Assembly: GCA_963799845.1 (NCBI GenBank)
Contig: CAWCYI010000004.1
Coordinates: 544,001 to 608,000, forward strand
Length of the DNA: 64,000 bases
Direction: 5' to 3'
Source of the DNA: an uncultured Nitrososphaerota archaeon
GTDB taxonomy: Archaea; Thermoproteota; Nitrososphaeria; Nitrososphaerales; CADDZS01
Of this stretch, positions 40,568 through 50,202 are shown one piece after another (positions within the stretch are counted from its first letter, which is position 1; each line of letters opens with the position of its first letter). The notes beneath the pieces were generated by a model that saw only the letters and a program-made list of their open reading frames with translations, made no database searches and was not told the DNA's origin. Made by a program: the position numbers and the translations under genes.

Positions 40568-42060
40568 TTCTTTGTTTTGCGCCTGCTGGGTCGGGGACGT
40601 CTTGATACCGCCACATAAGTTACACCTAAGACAAGAATTAGAACGATTAGCACGAGTTGATAATTTGAGGTTATCCATCCGATAACGCTAAACTGTCCCT
40701 TAACTGAAATAAATGCGATGCCAACACTCGAAGAATTTTGAGAGCTCGCTACTATTCCTATTGAATAAGTGCCAGACTGCAAAGACGCACTTGGGGTTAT
40801 CTTTGCGGTAATTGCCGCTTCACCATTGGCGGGCAAGTTGATGCTTGAAGAATTCAGTGAGATTTGTTGGCTGGAAGTAAGTCCGCTGTAAGAAAAAGAG
40901 CTAGTGGTGTTCAGCGTCACCGACTGCGGAACTGAGAGAGAGTTGCTGACCGTCACTTCCGCATCAATGCTATTGCCTGAAGAGACAGTACTGCCTTGAG
41001 TGAGTTGCACTGTCGTCTGCAACGGAGAAGAGGCGTTCGACGGAACCTCACCAATCTCATTAGCACCAAACTCGGTAAACCAGAAATTCCCCTGCGAATC
41101 CAGAGCATTCAAGACTGAGTAAGCGGGTTGCGAGCTGGGAATCTGGAACTCCTGCATAATTCCGGTCGTAGGATCTAGGCGCCCCACTTTGTTTGCAAAG
41201 TGCTCTACGAACCACAACCTACCCTGCTCATCAATGGCGAGGGTAGCAACCGCGGATATTGCATATCCGTTGTTAGGCACTGAGGTTGGATAGGATCTAA
41301 AAGTAGAATTTGAAGGGACAAGCTCAACTACCGCACTACCTCCATGCTCAGATACCCAGACATCGCCAGTGCTATCGACAACTATGCCAACGGGAGACTT
41401 GAGGGAAACTGAGGTAGGTGGCGAGAATTCATCAAAGGTGTGCGTTTGTAAGTTGAAGCGAGCAATTTTCCCGGCGTAAGTCTCGGTTACCCAGATGACA
41501 GATTCATTTTGCCCAAAGGTAATCTCGACAGGGCCCGAATTCGAGGTCGGAAGCGTGTATTCAGTCATTTTGTAATTGGGATAAGATAACTCTGTCAACT
41601 TGTTTGCGGTACTTTCTGTGAACCAGATATCATTTTGATCGTCCGCGAGCAAGAAAAGAGGAGTAGACTTTGGCGTCAGAGTATCGAACTGGGTAAAGTC
41701 ATCAGTTTTAGGATCAAACATCCAAATGCTACCACTCCCACTTTGGTCGGAGAACCAGATCCTTCCGAGACCGTCCATTGCGAGTGAAGAAGGAATTGAA
41801 TGATTTTCGGGGATTGAAAATTCTTTGAAGGAATCGTTTTGAGCGAAAAACTCTCCCAATTTGTCTGCCGTGAACTCCACAAACCAGAACGTATCATTTG
41901 GCGCAGAGATTATTGCATTGGGTCCGGAATTAGCGGTGGGGATCATGAAAAGCTTGATTTGACTCATAGGCTGCAGAGCGGTTGCAGCATTAGTGTTGTC
42001 TGAATAACCAGTGCTTTGAGGTCGTGTCGAATTAAGTAACGCAATCTCTGGGACAATCAT
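40564..42060 (-). CDS. Vgb-lyase-like beta-propeller, secreted, C-terminal TM anchor
   Basis: Repeated G.IWF.E..N.IG blades; C-terminal TM plus basic tail; signal peptide appears to extend upstream of the called ATG. Confidence 0.85.
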   Translation of the reverse strand: MIVPEIALLNSTRPQSTGYSDNTNAATALQPMSQIKLFMIPTANSGPNAIISAPNDTFWFVEFTADKLGEFFAQNDSFKEFSIPENHSIPSSLAMDGLGRIWFSDQSGSGSIWMFDPKTDDFTQFDTLTPKSTPLFLLADDQNDIWFTESTANKLTELSYPNYKMTEYTLPTSNSGPVEITFGQNESVIWVTETYAGKIARFNLQTHTFDEFSPPTSVSLKSPVGIVVDSTGDVWVSEHGGSAVVELVPSNSTFRSYPTSVPNNGYAISAVATLAIDEQGRLWFVEHFANKVGRLDPTTGIMQEFQIPSSQPAYSVLNALDSQGNFWFTEFGANEIGEVPSNASSPLQTTVQLTQGSTVSSGNSIDAEVTVSNSLSVPQSVTLNTTSSFSYSGLTSSQQISLNSSSINLPANGEAAITAKITPSASLQSGTYSIGIVASSQNSSSVGIAFISVKGQFSVIGWITSNYQLVLIVLILVLGVTYVAVSRRPRPSRRKTKN

Positions 42061-42171
42061 AAGGGTACAAATGAGAATTGCAACAAGCGTCCGAAATTTG
42101 CCGATTCCACGAAATTTTCTATTCGTGCCATGACTCCTGATACTCGTGGAATGGCCAGCTCCCGCAAGAGT

Positions 42172-42693
42172 TCAGAAATCCCACAAGTCTGCGAAGTTTT
42201 CTACAACGTCTTTTCTTTGAAAGTCTTGCCTGATACCGGCAAGTAGCGACTGAACATGTTCTCTGTTTTGGAGTTCCACTTTGAAGTTTCCGTCTTCTGA
42301 AAGAGTCAACCTCACCAAGTTCGCGCTCAGGAGCTCGTGAACATGTTCGCTGACGGTTGACTTTGCAAACCCGGTTCTTTCGGCTAATTCTTTGTTCGAA
42401 AGCAGACCCAGATTGCCAAGTTCGAGCATGATCTTGAAAGTAGTTTTGCTCCTAGACAGAGAATAGATCAGCCTGTCTTTTTCAGACGTACCAGGAGGAT
42501 AGAAACGAGAGTAACCTGAACTCTTTTCGCACACGATTTCGCCCGAATCGGACATTTTTTCGGTGTTGTATCTTATGGCATTGAACGAGACTCCCAAAGA
42601 TCTTTGAAGTTCTCTCAGATGTATCCCTGGGCTCTGGCAAATAAGCCCGAGTATCCTCGATCTGTTGTCTGATCTCAGGCTCAAATCATTCAC
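42172..42693 (-). CDS. Tandem winged-HTH transcriptional regulator
   Basis: I...PGIHLREL.R.L, G..RFYP, ELA...G.AKSTVSEH. Confidence 0.85.
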   Translation of the reverse strand: MNDLSLRSDNRSRILGLICQSPGIHLRELQRSLGVSFNAIRYNTEKMSDSGEIVCEKSSGYSRFYPPGTSEKDRLIYSLSRSKTTFKIMLELGNLGLLSNKELAERTGFAKSTVSEHVHELLSANLVRLTLSEDGNFKVELQNREHVQSLLAGIRQDFQRKDVVENFADLWDF

Positions 42694-42826
42694 TCACTGT
42701 TTGACTAAGGATTCTATTAGAGTGAGCAACAAATAATTCAAGTTTTTCCATTTACGTGTTTCTTTAGTTCGTGGTTTGAACCTGTTTGGAGAGGATTATT
42801 GGTAGGATTCGGGGCCGATATCTGAA

Positions 42827-43240
42827 GTGTCTAGGAAGCTTATTAGTATCGACTCTTTTGTATGGGAGTGCTTGGATTTGAAAGACTCGGACCAGCTCAA
42901 GAATGAGAAATTCATCTTTCTGACGACAAAAGGTAGAAAGACCGGGAAAATGCACGTCGTTGAACTTTGGTTTGCTAACGCGAATAACAAGATATACCTG
43001 AGTCACGAAGGGGCGTTTACCGACTGGATGAAGAACATAGAAAAAGATGGCAGCGTGAAAATGAAGATAGGATCTGAGAATTTGGAAGGCTCTGCTGGCA
43101 TAGCTCCCATCGGCAGCGACGCAAGAGAAGTGGGAAAAAAGGCACTTTATGAAAAATATTACGGACCAGTCTCCCAGCAAGCGCTTGACGATTGGTTTGA
43201 ACTATCCGCTGTGATCGAAATCAGTCCTGACTCTTCTTAA
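42827..43240 (+). CDS. Deazaflavin (F420H2)-dependent nitroreductase-family protein
   Basis: LTT.GRKTG..H..ELWF, DW.KN; true start may be downstream. Confidence 0.8.
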   Translation: MSRKLISIDSFVWECLDLKDSDQLKNEKFIFLTTKGRKTGKMHVVELWFANANNKIYLSHEGAFTDWMKNIEKDGSVKMKIGSENLEGSAGIAPIGSDAREVGKKALYEKYYGPVSQQALDDWFELSAVIEISPDSS

Positions 43241-43336
43241 GAAAGATTGTTGCCTTTGAAGATACTAAAGGAACTAAAAATTCAATTCCGCAGAAATTTA
43301 CTCAACTAGCATATTCTCCTGATTGAGCAATTAGTC

Positions 43337-44908
43337 ATGTTTTCTGTTGAAGCGCTGATAGCTGCCTTTCTTGCGGTAATGCTACTCGCTTCGTTTATCT
43401 CGCTTAGAGCGAAAGTTCCTTACACCCTTGTTCTGGTAATCTTAGGAATAATTCTTTCCGCAGCATCCGGCCTCTCGATTCTGGGGCAAGCGAATATTCA
43501 GCAAGCTGTCTTACAAATGAGCTCCTTCTTTGCCGGCTTGACCGGTGGTCAAACCGGCGGACTCTTTGTAGGACTCGTGGTTCCACCTCTTCTTTTCGAA
43601 GCAATGATTCAGATAAGATCGGATGACTTGAGGGCGGTGATCAAACCGGCGATCGTTCTTGCGACGGTCGGCGTTTTGATATCGACGATTGTGGTGGGAC
43701 TGATATTATGGAAAATTGCCAATCTGTCGTTTCTCGTTTCATTTCTTTTTGCCGCGATAATCTCGCCCACGGATGTGGCAACGGTACTTGAAGTCTTTCG
43801 CAAAGCGAAGGTCCCGTCCAAGCTCTCTACCATGATGGACACCGAAGCGGCTTTCAATGATGCGACCGGAATTGGAGTTTTTACGATCATTCTGGCATCC
43901 GCGACATTTGGGAAAGTATCGGTCCTGTCTGCGGCGTCGAGCTTTGTGGTGTTGTTCGCTGGGGGCGCTCTTGTTGGTCTGATCGTGGCGTTTTTGGCAG
44001 AGCTGCTAGCGAGCGTTATTTCAGATAAACTGACGCAAACAATCCTGACTATTTCAGTTGTCTATGGATCGTATGCCCTTGCCTCATCGCTGGGGGTATC
44101 GGGGTTGATCGCGGTCGCAGTAGTGGGTTTGTATTTTGGTAATTTTACAATAAGGACGACGATGGGCCCTTCTTCGAGGGAGACGATTACCCTTTTCTGG
44201 CAAATCGCTGCTTTTCTCGGAAACTCGGTCGCGTTTCTTTTCATTGGATTCAGCACTGACATATTCAAAGTAGCAGCGTCGATTGGTCTGATAGTTCTCG
44301 CATATCTGGCAGTCACCGCTGCCAGAGCAGCTTCGGTCTATCCCATCCTCACAATTTTCGACAGATTTGACGGCAAAATACCGCTAAAGTGGAGAAATGT
44401 CAGCATGCTCGGCGGGATGCGAGGAGCGTTGTCGATTGCACTGGCTGTTTCAATTCCCGCCGCGGTACTTTCTAGCTCGGATGAATCGTTGTTAACGACG
44501 CTCGTTCTGGGCGTTGCTTTCATTTCGATAAGCATTCAGGCTGCGGCGTTGTTTCGGTACATTAGAAGGAAATTTCCTGCTGAACAACGTGCAACTGTTG
44601 AGAGTCTGAATGCGAGACTATCAAAATCCGCCTCTGCAATCGAGTCCTTGGAGAGGCTCAGGGAAGAAGGTGGAATATCCGACGAGGAGTTCGCCACTCA
44701 ACTTGAAAGCGATCGGGAAGAGCTTCGCGACGTTATGAGAGAAATAAACGCAAATGTAGATCCCAGGAGCATTCTCAGACAAAGAGCCGCCGAACTTTAC
44801 TCTAATGTCCTGTCAAATCCTGTCACCAGGGCGAGGCATGAGTTTCGTGCTGAGAAGAATGGCAAATCGAAAGGGGATCACGACAAAGACGAGGATGGGT
44901 CGAAATAA
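43337..44908 (+). CDS. CPA1 (NhaP-like) cation/H+ antiporter with C-terminal helical extension
   Basis: PPLLFEA, ISPTD, EAAFNDA, GGMRGALS. Confidence 0.93.
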   Translation: MFSVEALIAAFLAVMLLASFISLRAKVPYTLVLVILGIILSAASGLSILGQANIQQAVLQMSSFFAGLTGGQTGGLFVGLVVPPLLFEAMIQIRSDDLRAVIKPAIVLATVGVLISTIVVGLILWKIANLSFLVSFLFAAIISPTDVATVLEVFRKAKVPSKLSTMMDTEAAFNDATGIGVFTIILASATFGKVSVLSAASSFVVLFAGGALVGLIVAFLAELLASVISDKLTQTILTISVVYGSYALASSLGVSGLIAVAVVGLYFGNFTIRTTMGPSSRETITLFWQIAAFLGNSVAFLFIGFSTDIFKVAASIGLIVLAYLAVTAARAASVYPILTIFDRFDGKIPLKWRNVSMLGGMRGALSIALAVSIPAAVLSSSDESLLTTLVLGVAFISISIQAAALFRYIRRKFPAEQRATVESLNARLSKSASAIESLERLREEGGISDEEFATQLESDREELRDVMREINANVDPRSILRQRAAELYSNVLSNPVTRARHEFRAEKNGKSKGDHDKDEDGSK

Positions 44909-44919
44909 GTTGGATATGG

Positions 44920-45555
44920 TCAAAGACTCTGGCTCGAAAAAACTAGAAAATTAGGTTTATTCTTGGCCGTTTGCGTTTTCACTCCAGGCGATTGTTTTCT
45001 CTCAAAATACAGTTCACCGATTAGAGCTCCAAATATGATTAGGGCCACGTATTCGTTGTACGGGGTCTCGGTGACATAGCCTGCGAGCGGAAACTGAAGT
45101 ACAACTTTTCCAATGTACATGGATTGAGTGATGTTAGTATCTATCAGCGGAATCGAACCAGGGTTGGCGTCCCCCTTCGTGGTAATTATTTCATTCCCAC
45201 CGCTATCGACATCAATGTTTACGATTCGATGTATAACAAAACATGGAACCTGGGTCTCACTGACTAGGGATGAGGAAGGAGTACTATCGCAAGGAAACAT
45301 CTCGGAGAGTTGTGGAGCGAAAACGATTACGTTTCCCTTTTGAAGTTGATTGAACGGAGTCCTGGTGATAAGAGCAACAGAACCGGGAAGAATGGTAGGT
45401 TGCATACTCGTTCCGGTAACTATGGTGAACGGATAGCTCTCTTGGGTCACAATTGTCAAAAGACCATATCCGCCGATGATCGCCAACACCGGGATGAAAT
45501 AGAGAATGTAGCGGAGAAACCGCAGTTTTGATCTGCCGGAGCTCATCTTTCGCAC
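44920..45555 (-). CDS. Signal peptidase I (archaeal S26B)
   Basis: TGTSMQP, IHRI, TKGDAN. Confidence 0.88.
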   Translation of the reverse strand: MRKMSSGRSKLRFLRYILYFIPVLAIIGGYGLLTIVTQESYPFTIVTGTSMQPTILPGSVALITRTPFNQLQKGNVIVFAPQLSEMFPCDSTPSSSLVSETQVPCFVIHRIVNIDVDSGGNEIITTKGDANPGSIPLIDTNITQSMYIGKVVLQFPLAGYVTETPYNEYVALIIFGALIGELYFERKQSPGVKTQTAKNKPNFLVFSSQSL

Positions 45556-45744
45556 TCAATCCTATTTTCCATTAGATCAAAAAAATTCGAGTCCAGCGAT
45601 CGGTTAACCCAGTAATTTTTATGTGAATTTCAACCTATTTCTGAATTTTGGAGAGTCGGCCGATCATGCATCATGAAATCTCATGATACATAGTTCGAAT
45701 TCTTCTCATCTTAAATAGGCAAATTTGACTAAACGAAAAGTGCG

Positions 45745-47007
45745 ATGGAAGCCGAGAATCCCTTCAACAACGCTCTCGCGCAACTTGCCTCTATTGCCGA
45801 CATTGTATCAATAGAGCCTGAATACTATGAGATGCTGAAGAGTCCGAGGAGGGAAGTGATAGTTGCTCTTCCCCTGAAGTTGGGAGACGGAACTTCGGTT
45901 ACATTTACTGGGTATCGAGTCCAGCACAACAACGCAAGGGGTCCGTACAAGGGCGGGATAAGATATCATCCAAACGTTACCCTGGGCGAGGTGAAGGCGC
46001 TGGCAATGTGGATGACCTGGAAAGCTGCGGTGATCGACATTCCTTTTGGAGGTGCGAAGGGTGGAGTCACTGTCGACCCGAAAAAACTCAGCAATGACGA
46101 TCTTGAAAGATTAACGCGAAAATATATTTCCGCCATTGATCGGGACATCGGTCCGGAAGTCGACATACCCGCCCCTGACCTGAACACAAATCCTCAGACA
46201 ATGGCTTGGATAATGAACGAGTATTCCAGATTACACGGGCACAACGTGCCGTCCGTCGTGACTGGAAAACCAATCGAAATCGGGGGATCGGAGGGGAGAG
46301 CCGCCGCGACGGGCAAAGGAGTTGCAATTTGCACTCGGGAGGCCATAAGGAAGTACCTTCATCGAGATGTGAAAGACGTGACTGTTGCCGTGCAGGGATT
46401 CGGAAACGTGGGTTCGAACACGGTAAAATCGCTCATGGAAATGGGCGCGAGGATTGTAGCGATGAGCGATGTCGTCGGAGGTGCCAAACCCAAGTCGTCC
46501 AGCGGATATTTTGAACAGTCGTTTGAATCACTCATTGAAAATTCCACCAAACTGGGGTCAATTAGCAGGATTCCGAATATTCAGCGAATCTCCAACGAAG
46601 AAGTGCTTGAGACCGAGTGCGATATTCTGATCCCGGCAGCTCTTGAAAATCAGATAACCGAAAACAACGCAAACAAGGTCAAGGCGAAAATTGTGGTTGA
46701 AGCTGCGAACGGCCCTACCACACCCATGGCAGACAAGTTGCTTGAGAGGGCAGGAGTGAGACTGGTTCCAGACATACTAGCAAATTCTGGAGGCGTTCTC
46801 GTTTCTTATTTTGAATGGGTCCAAAACTTGAATCGTGATCATTGGACCGAGGAAGAAGTGAACAATCGACTGGAACACAAAATGGTGCACGCGTTCAACG
46901 AGGTAGTCACGCTTGCCGAGAAGGACGGGATTGACCTGAGGCGTGCGGCTCTGGTACTTGCGGTTAACAAAGTAGTCGCGGCGATGAAACTATCGGGATG
47001 GCACTAG
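45745..47007 (+). CDS. gdhA: Glutamate dehydrogenase
   Basis: RGP.KGGIRY, PFGGAKGG, DIPAPD, QGFGNVG, EAANGP, NSGGV.VSYFEW. Confidence 0.96.
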   Translation: MEAENPFNNALAQLASIADIVSIEPEYYEMLKSPRREVIVALPLKLGDGTSVTFTGYRVQHNNARGPYKGGIRYHPNVTLGEVKALAMWMTWKAAVIDIPFGGAKGGVTVDPKKLSNDDLERLTRKYISAIDRDIGPEVDIPAPDLNTNPQTMAWIMNEYSRLHGHNVPSVVTGKPIEIGGSEGRAAATGKGVAICTREAIRKYLHRDVKDVTVAVQGFGNVGSNTVKSLMEMGARIVAMSDVVGGAKPKSSSGYFEQSFESLIENSTKLGSISRIPNIQRISNEEVLETECDILIPAALENQITENNANKVKAKIVVEAANGPTTPMADKLLERAGVRLVPDILANSGGVLVSYFEWVQNLNRDHWTEEEVNNRLEHKMVHAFNEVVTLAEKDGIDLRRAALVLAVNKVVAAMKLSGWH

Positions 47008-47175
47008 AAATTCATGCTCATTCGAAATCTACACTCCTATTCCTTCTACCAGCGATTGATTGCATACTTGCCTAAGCCTTCATACATGATTATATGCATA
47101 ATTTCTGCCATTGGTATTAGGACAATCTTCGAGCTTAACGGCGTCCTGTAATACATCTGAAAAGTGTGAGTAAAA

Positions 47176-48123
47176 TTGCCATCATTAGAAGCTATTAATC
47201 TTAGCAAGGCTTACGGAAGCTTTACTGCCCTTTCTAATTTGAACCTCAAGATAGAAGGAGCAAAGTGCGTCGGTTTTCTCGGTCCCAACGGGGCAGGAAA
47301 AACGACTACGTTGAAAATATTCACCGACATGATATTCGCGACTCAGGGGAAAGCTCTCATCAACGGCATTGTGGTTCATGAGAATAAGAGAGCGGCGCTC
47401 GAACATTGCGGAGCGCTGATCGAAAGCCCTGAAATTTACCCTTCGTTCACGCCGAACGAAGCGCTTTCAATGGTCGCGGAGATCAGGGGCGTGCCATCCT
47501 CCGAAAGATCCAAGAGAATCGACGAAGCAATAGCTGAAGTGAAAATGGAGGAATGGAAGGACAAAAAGGTTGGGAAGTTCTCCAAGGGGATGAAACAAAG
47601 GATAAACATCGCTTCGTCGCTCCTTTCAGAACCCGATATCCTTATTCTCGACGAGCCGACCACCGGGCTTGATCCCAGAGGGCAGGCTGAGGTTAGAGAT
47701 ATCGTCAAATCTCTAAAAAAGAGAAACCGGCTCATATTCATGAGTTCCCATCTTTTGCCTGAAGTCTCGGATGTCTGCGATGAAGTCGCGATGATTGATC
47801 ACGGCAAACTGCTTGTCTACGATACTCTCTCCAACGTTACGATGAAGTTTTCGGGCGACGGTGGTGCGAGCATCGTCGAAATCGGGCTGTCCAAACCGAT
47901 TGATGATTCGATGGTTTCTGGAAGTATTTCGAAGGTTAGCGGCGTAATCTCGGTTGAAAAAATGGATTCCAGAAACTTGAGGATAAAGTTCTCCGGGGGA
48001 ACCGAAGCTCAGGAAAGATTACTTTCCGACCTGGCCTCGATGAGAATCGGAATGATAAGTTTTAGAGCATCAAGCTCCGCGCTTGAAGACACTTATCTGA
48101 ATCTGATCAAGGATACCTTGTGA
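47176..48123 (+). CDS. ABC transporter ATP-binding protein
   Basis: GPNGAGKTT, FSKGMKQR, LDEPT.GLDP. Confidence 0.95.
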   Translation: MPSLEAINLSKAYGSFTALSNLNLKIEGAKCVGFLGPNGAGKTTTLKIFTDMIFATQGKALINGIVVHENKRAALEHCGALIESPEIYPSFTPNEALSMVAEIRGVPSSERSKRIDEAIAEVKMEEWKDKKVGKFSKGMKQRINIASSLLSEPDILILDEPTTGLDPRGQAEVRDIVKSLKKRNRLIFMSSHLLPEVSDVCDEVAMIDHGKLLVYDTLSNVTMKFSGDGGASIVEIGLSKPIDDSMVSGSISKVSGVISVEKMDSRNLRIKFSGGTEAQERLLSDLASMRIGMISFRASSSALEDTYLNLIKDTL

Positions 48124-48130
48124 TCATGAA

Positions 48131-49003
48131 ATGACTCAAAACGAACCGTCGTTAGAGGGTAACAAACTCCCGACAAGCATGACGCAGGTGGGGATTATCA
48201 TGCGCTACGAGATTTTGAATTACTTCAGGTCTCGAAGATTCTTCATCCTCTTGGTAATCGCTCTTCTGATTTCTGTACTTCTTACGCTTGTGGTTGGCTA
48301 CTACGGCGTGTCAAAGATTGCCGGATCACCGCCGCAACCTCTCGCATTTTACGGTGCCTGGTGGGGATTTGCCTCCAGCCTGGTTGTAGTATTTTGCGCA
48401 GTATTTTTCGGTGGAGATGCGATTTCGGGAGAATTTCAGAACAAGACTGGCTACTTTCTGGTGGGAAATCCAATCCGACGTTCATCGATTTACGTCGGAA
48501 AATGGATTGCCGCGTTGATTGCGTCGCTGATCATAATTGCGGTGTTTACTGCAATTCTAGTGGGCAACGGATTCTACTATTTTGGAGCTAACATTCCGAC
48601 CCAATTTGGAGAAGCTTTCCTGTTCACTTTGGTCTATCTGATCGCCGCACTCGGCTTCACTTTCTTTTTCAGCTCGCTTTTCAAGAGCAGTTCCTTCTCT
48701 ATCCTTGTAACTGTGATTCTGCTGCTGTTCGGATTCAGTCTCATAGATACGCTAGTGACGAACATTGCAAACGTAGAGCCGTGGTTCACCCTCAGTTATG
48801 GTTCGGGCATAATCACAAACGTGTTCACGGTTCCCTATCCTAACCATGTATCGACTCTTAGCGGATTCGGCGGTGGTGGGAGAGGCCCATCTCTGAAAGA
48901 GTTTATCCCGACAATTCCGGAAGGTCTCGCCATAATGGTAATCTACTTTGCCGTGACCGCGATTCTCGGTCTCCTGCTCTTCGAGAAAAAAGAGTTCAAC
49001 TAG
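48131..49003 (+). CDS. ABC-2 type permease
   Basis: DAISGE...TG.F....PI.R..I..GK; 6 TMs. Confidence 0.9.
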   Translation: MTQNEPSLEGNKLPTSMTQVGIIMRYEILNYFRSRRFFILLVIALLISVLLTLVVGYYGVSKIAGSPPQPLAFYGAWWGFASSLVVVFCAVFFGGDAISGEFQNKTGYFLVGNPIRRSSIYVGKWIAALIASLIIIAVFTAILVGNGFYYFGANIPTQFGEAFLFTLVYLIAALGFTFFFSSLFKSSSFSILVTVILLLFGFSLIDTLVTNIANVEPWFTLSYGSGIITNVFTVPYPNHVSTLSGFGGGGRGPSLKEFIPTIPEGLAIMVIYFAVTAILGLLLFEKKEFN

Positions 49004-49169
49004 AATTTCTTCATTGCCCGTTGGAGGCGTTTGGAGAATTTTCGAAATTAATTTTAAGATCGTGGTTGCTTCGGTTCTAGGAGAATGTTCTCTGACTAAT
49101 CATCAGGAAGATAGTTCCTGACTTCAGTAGCGTTTAATCCTTAACTTGATTGCAGTCGAGTGAAATAAT

Positions 49170-49925
49170 ATGCGTTTTGTCAGATTCGTTTCCAACGGCA
49201 AAGTTCTCGAAGGCTCCGAGGAAGATGGAATTCTAGTTGAGACAGAAGGAAAGTCCCACATCGAAGCCGAGGTGGTCTGGTTGCCCCCGGCTACCCCGTC
49301 CAAGATCATTGGGCTGGTTCTGAACTATCGCGACCATGCAGACGAGCTCGGACTCAGCATCTCTGAAGAGCCTGTAATATTCTTGAAACCCCCCAGCTCG
49401 CTAATAGGAAACTTTGGCGACATTGTCTATCCTAGCGGAGTCAAGTACATGCACTATGAAGGGGAGTTAGCTGTCGTAATCGGCAAGCCGGCGAGAAAAG
49501 TCAGTTCCAAAAGAACGATGGATTTTGTCAAGGGTTTTACGATCGCCAACGACGTTACGGTGCGTGACTACATTTCGAACACTTTTCGGCCGCCGCTGAA
49601 AGCGAAGGGATTTGATACTTTTTGTCCGGTTGGTCCCTCTGTTGTCACTCCGGACGAGGCTGGAGATATCTCAAATCTGAACATCAGAACACGGGTAAAT
49701 GGAGAACTTCGTCAGCAGGGCAACACTAAGAACCTCATACATCCAGTTCCGAAGTTGATAGAATTTCTGTCAGATTTCATGACCCTTCTGCCGGATGATC
49801 TGATACTCACGGGAACGCCGAAAGGCATTTCCCCCGTACATCCTGGGGACAAGATCGAAATTGAAATCGACAACCTCGGCAAACTCACGAACACGGTTGT
49901 CCCGGAATTAGAAAATGCGGAATAG
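49170..49925 (+). CDS. Fumarylacetoacetate-hydrolase family protein (HpaG-like isomerase/decarboxylase)
   Basis: LNY.DHA.E, F.KP, HYEGEL, ND.T.RD, K.FDTF.P.GP, LTGTP.G; next to hpaB/D. Confidence 0.88.
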   Translation: MRFVRFVSNGKVLEGSEEDGILVETEGKSHIEAEVVWLPPATPSKIIGLVLNYRDHADELGLSISEEPVIFLKPPSSLIGNFGDIVYPSGVKYMHYEGELAVVIGKPARKVSSKRTMDFVKGFTIANDVTVRDYISNTFRPPLKAKGFDTFCPVGPSVVTPDEAGDISNLNIRTRVNGELRQQGNTKNLIHPVPKLIEFLSDFMTLLPDDLILTGTPKGISPVHPGDKIEIEIDNLGKLTNTVVPELENAE

Positions 49926-50010
49926 ATCCCAAGTGTGTTGCACGAGTACTTCGATTCTTAGTCTCGGATGTACTTTCAAAATCTTAACCATTGCGCACTC
50001 CAAAAGACCC

Positions 50011-50153
50011 CGTTTCGAGCTCTGTAGACTCAGAAGAGCTTGAAACGAGCTGAACGCATTGAACAGAGCTTGAACGTCAGCTCTTCGGCTGAAAAGTGCT
50101 CACGTGTGAAACGCAGAAAAAAAATTCTACTTAAGAATCAATGGGAACTCGTA
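50011..50153 (-). repeat. AGCT-rich dispersed intergenic repeat, copy D (short form)
   Basis: AGCT at 50018, 50037, 50048, 50067, 50079; flanks collinear with the reverse complement of copy B. Confidence 0.9.
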
Positions 50154-50202
50154 ATTAAAGACTCCAAAAGAATATAGAAGTCCAGTCTCGAGCGAACACC
50201 CA

